DNA of 64,000 bases from Chrysomallon squamiferum (lineage: Eukaryota > Animalia > Mollusca). Positions 59,386-64,000 of the stretch are shown piece after piece; the stretch's first letter is position 1; every line of letters begins with the position of its first letter. The stretch is from assembly GCA_012295275.1 (NCBI GenBank), contig CM022676.1:17422001-17486000 (forward strand), written 5' to 3'. Both the position numbers and the translations under genes were made by a program. The notes beneath the pieces are model-generated. The model ran no database searches and had not been told where the DNA came from. It saw only the letters and a program-made list of their open reading frames with translations.

Positions 59386-60204
59386 GTTAAACTCAACTAT
59401 CACTTGCAGCAGAGGGTCAAAACGCCCCTCCAGTTCTTAGATGCTGTAGGCTATCGACTGAAACTTACTTATATGATCAAGTTATATGTATGAAATAAAA
59501 TGTATAAATAAATATAAGCCTTTATTTCATTTATTTATTGCCGGTAGTCATAGAATATACAACAATGTGGGATTATACCAATATTTTTAATTCAGGTAAC
59601 GGGCAGAGCAACCTTTGAAATGCCACGCTATTGTCACAAACATAAAATTAAACATGAAAATACATACATCGATATTTTGTTTCTAATACAAAAGGGCCGT
59701 TAGCAAATTACTGGATACAGAACGCGTTCAGGCAATTGTGTCAGCGGGTTAATACTATGTCGATGTCGATCCCTCGGTTGAACCCTGGAAGTGCAATTTA
59801 AAATGTGAAGACAGGAAATATTTGACTTTATAAAACATAGTGACAATTACCAAGAATTGTACGAAACTGATATTTCGGCAAAGAATAACGACCGACAAAA
59901 TCAAAAATCTGAATGAATTGACGACACACACAATGACCCAGTGACCGAACTTGCTTACACTGATATTTTTAAAATGATAAAACAAATTAAATCTTTCACT
60001 GCTGCTATCGACAGCAGATTTTACAATCGATGTTAAACATGGAGGCTATGACAGAGAAGTTTGTTTTGGAGAGAAACACGAAAAAATAAACAAATAAATA
60101 AATAAATATCTGACACCTGACAGACGCTTAACAATAACATTAGAAATAAAATATATTTCGTGTCATTTTAATTTGTACAAGCCGGCACTGTAATCTAAAT
60201 AATG

Positions 60205-63910
<3,706 letters not shown>

Positions 63911-64000
63911 TTATTTTATTGTTCACGTAGGAAACACGTTTTAATTTATAAACAGAGTAAATCGTCGCTTAATACATGGATGATTACACTACATCATTTC

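Overview
Eukaryotic, very AT-rich and microsatellite-dense invertebrate DNA; a mollusc-like origin is an inference. Almost all ORFs in the supplied track are simple-repeat artefacts. The only intact protein-coding sequence I can support is a BACK+PHR exon of the BTBD1/2/3/6 family (56414-57368, +), and I found no BTB-domain exon in the window. Upstream of it are three diverged copies of a promoter plus 70-nt non-coding first exon (36.4, 49.8 and 52.7 kb). All three keep an Initiator and a GGACGT DPE at exactly +28, so the locus may make a BTB-less BACK-PHR protein from alternative promoters. The rest of the window holds: a ~4 kb direct segmental duplication at both ends (~60 kb apart); a CpG-poor 4-28 kb block with fossil THAP-transposase and SWIM-protein exons (ISL2EU/PHIS-like) and a captured, decayed collagen IV exon; several minisatellites; a ~15 kb modular inverted-repeat array (29.9-45.4 kb); two MITEs with TIRs and TSDs; and a FLYWCH/MULE transposase relic. 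No rRNA, tRNA or CRISPR array was seen. All alignments and translations were done by eye.
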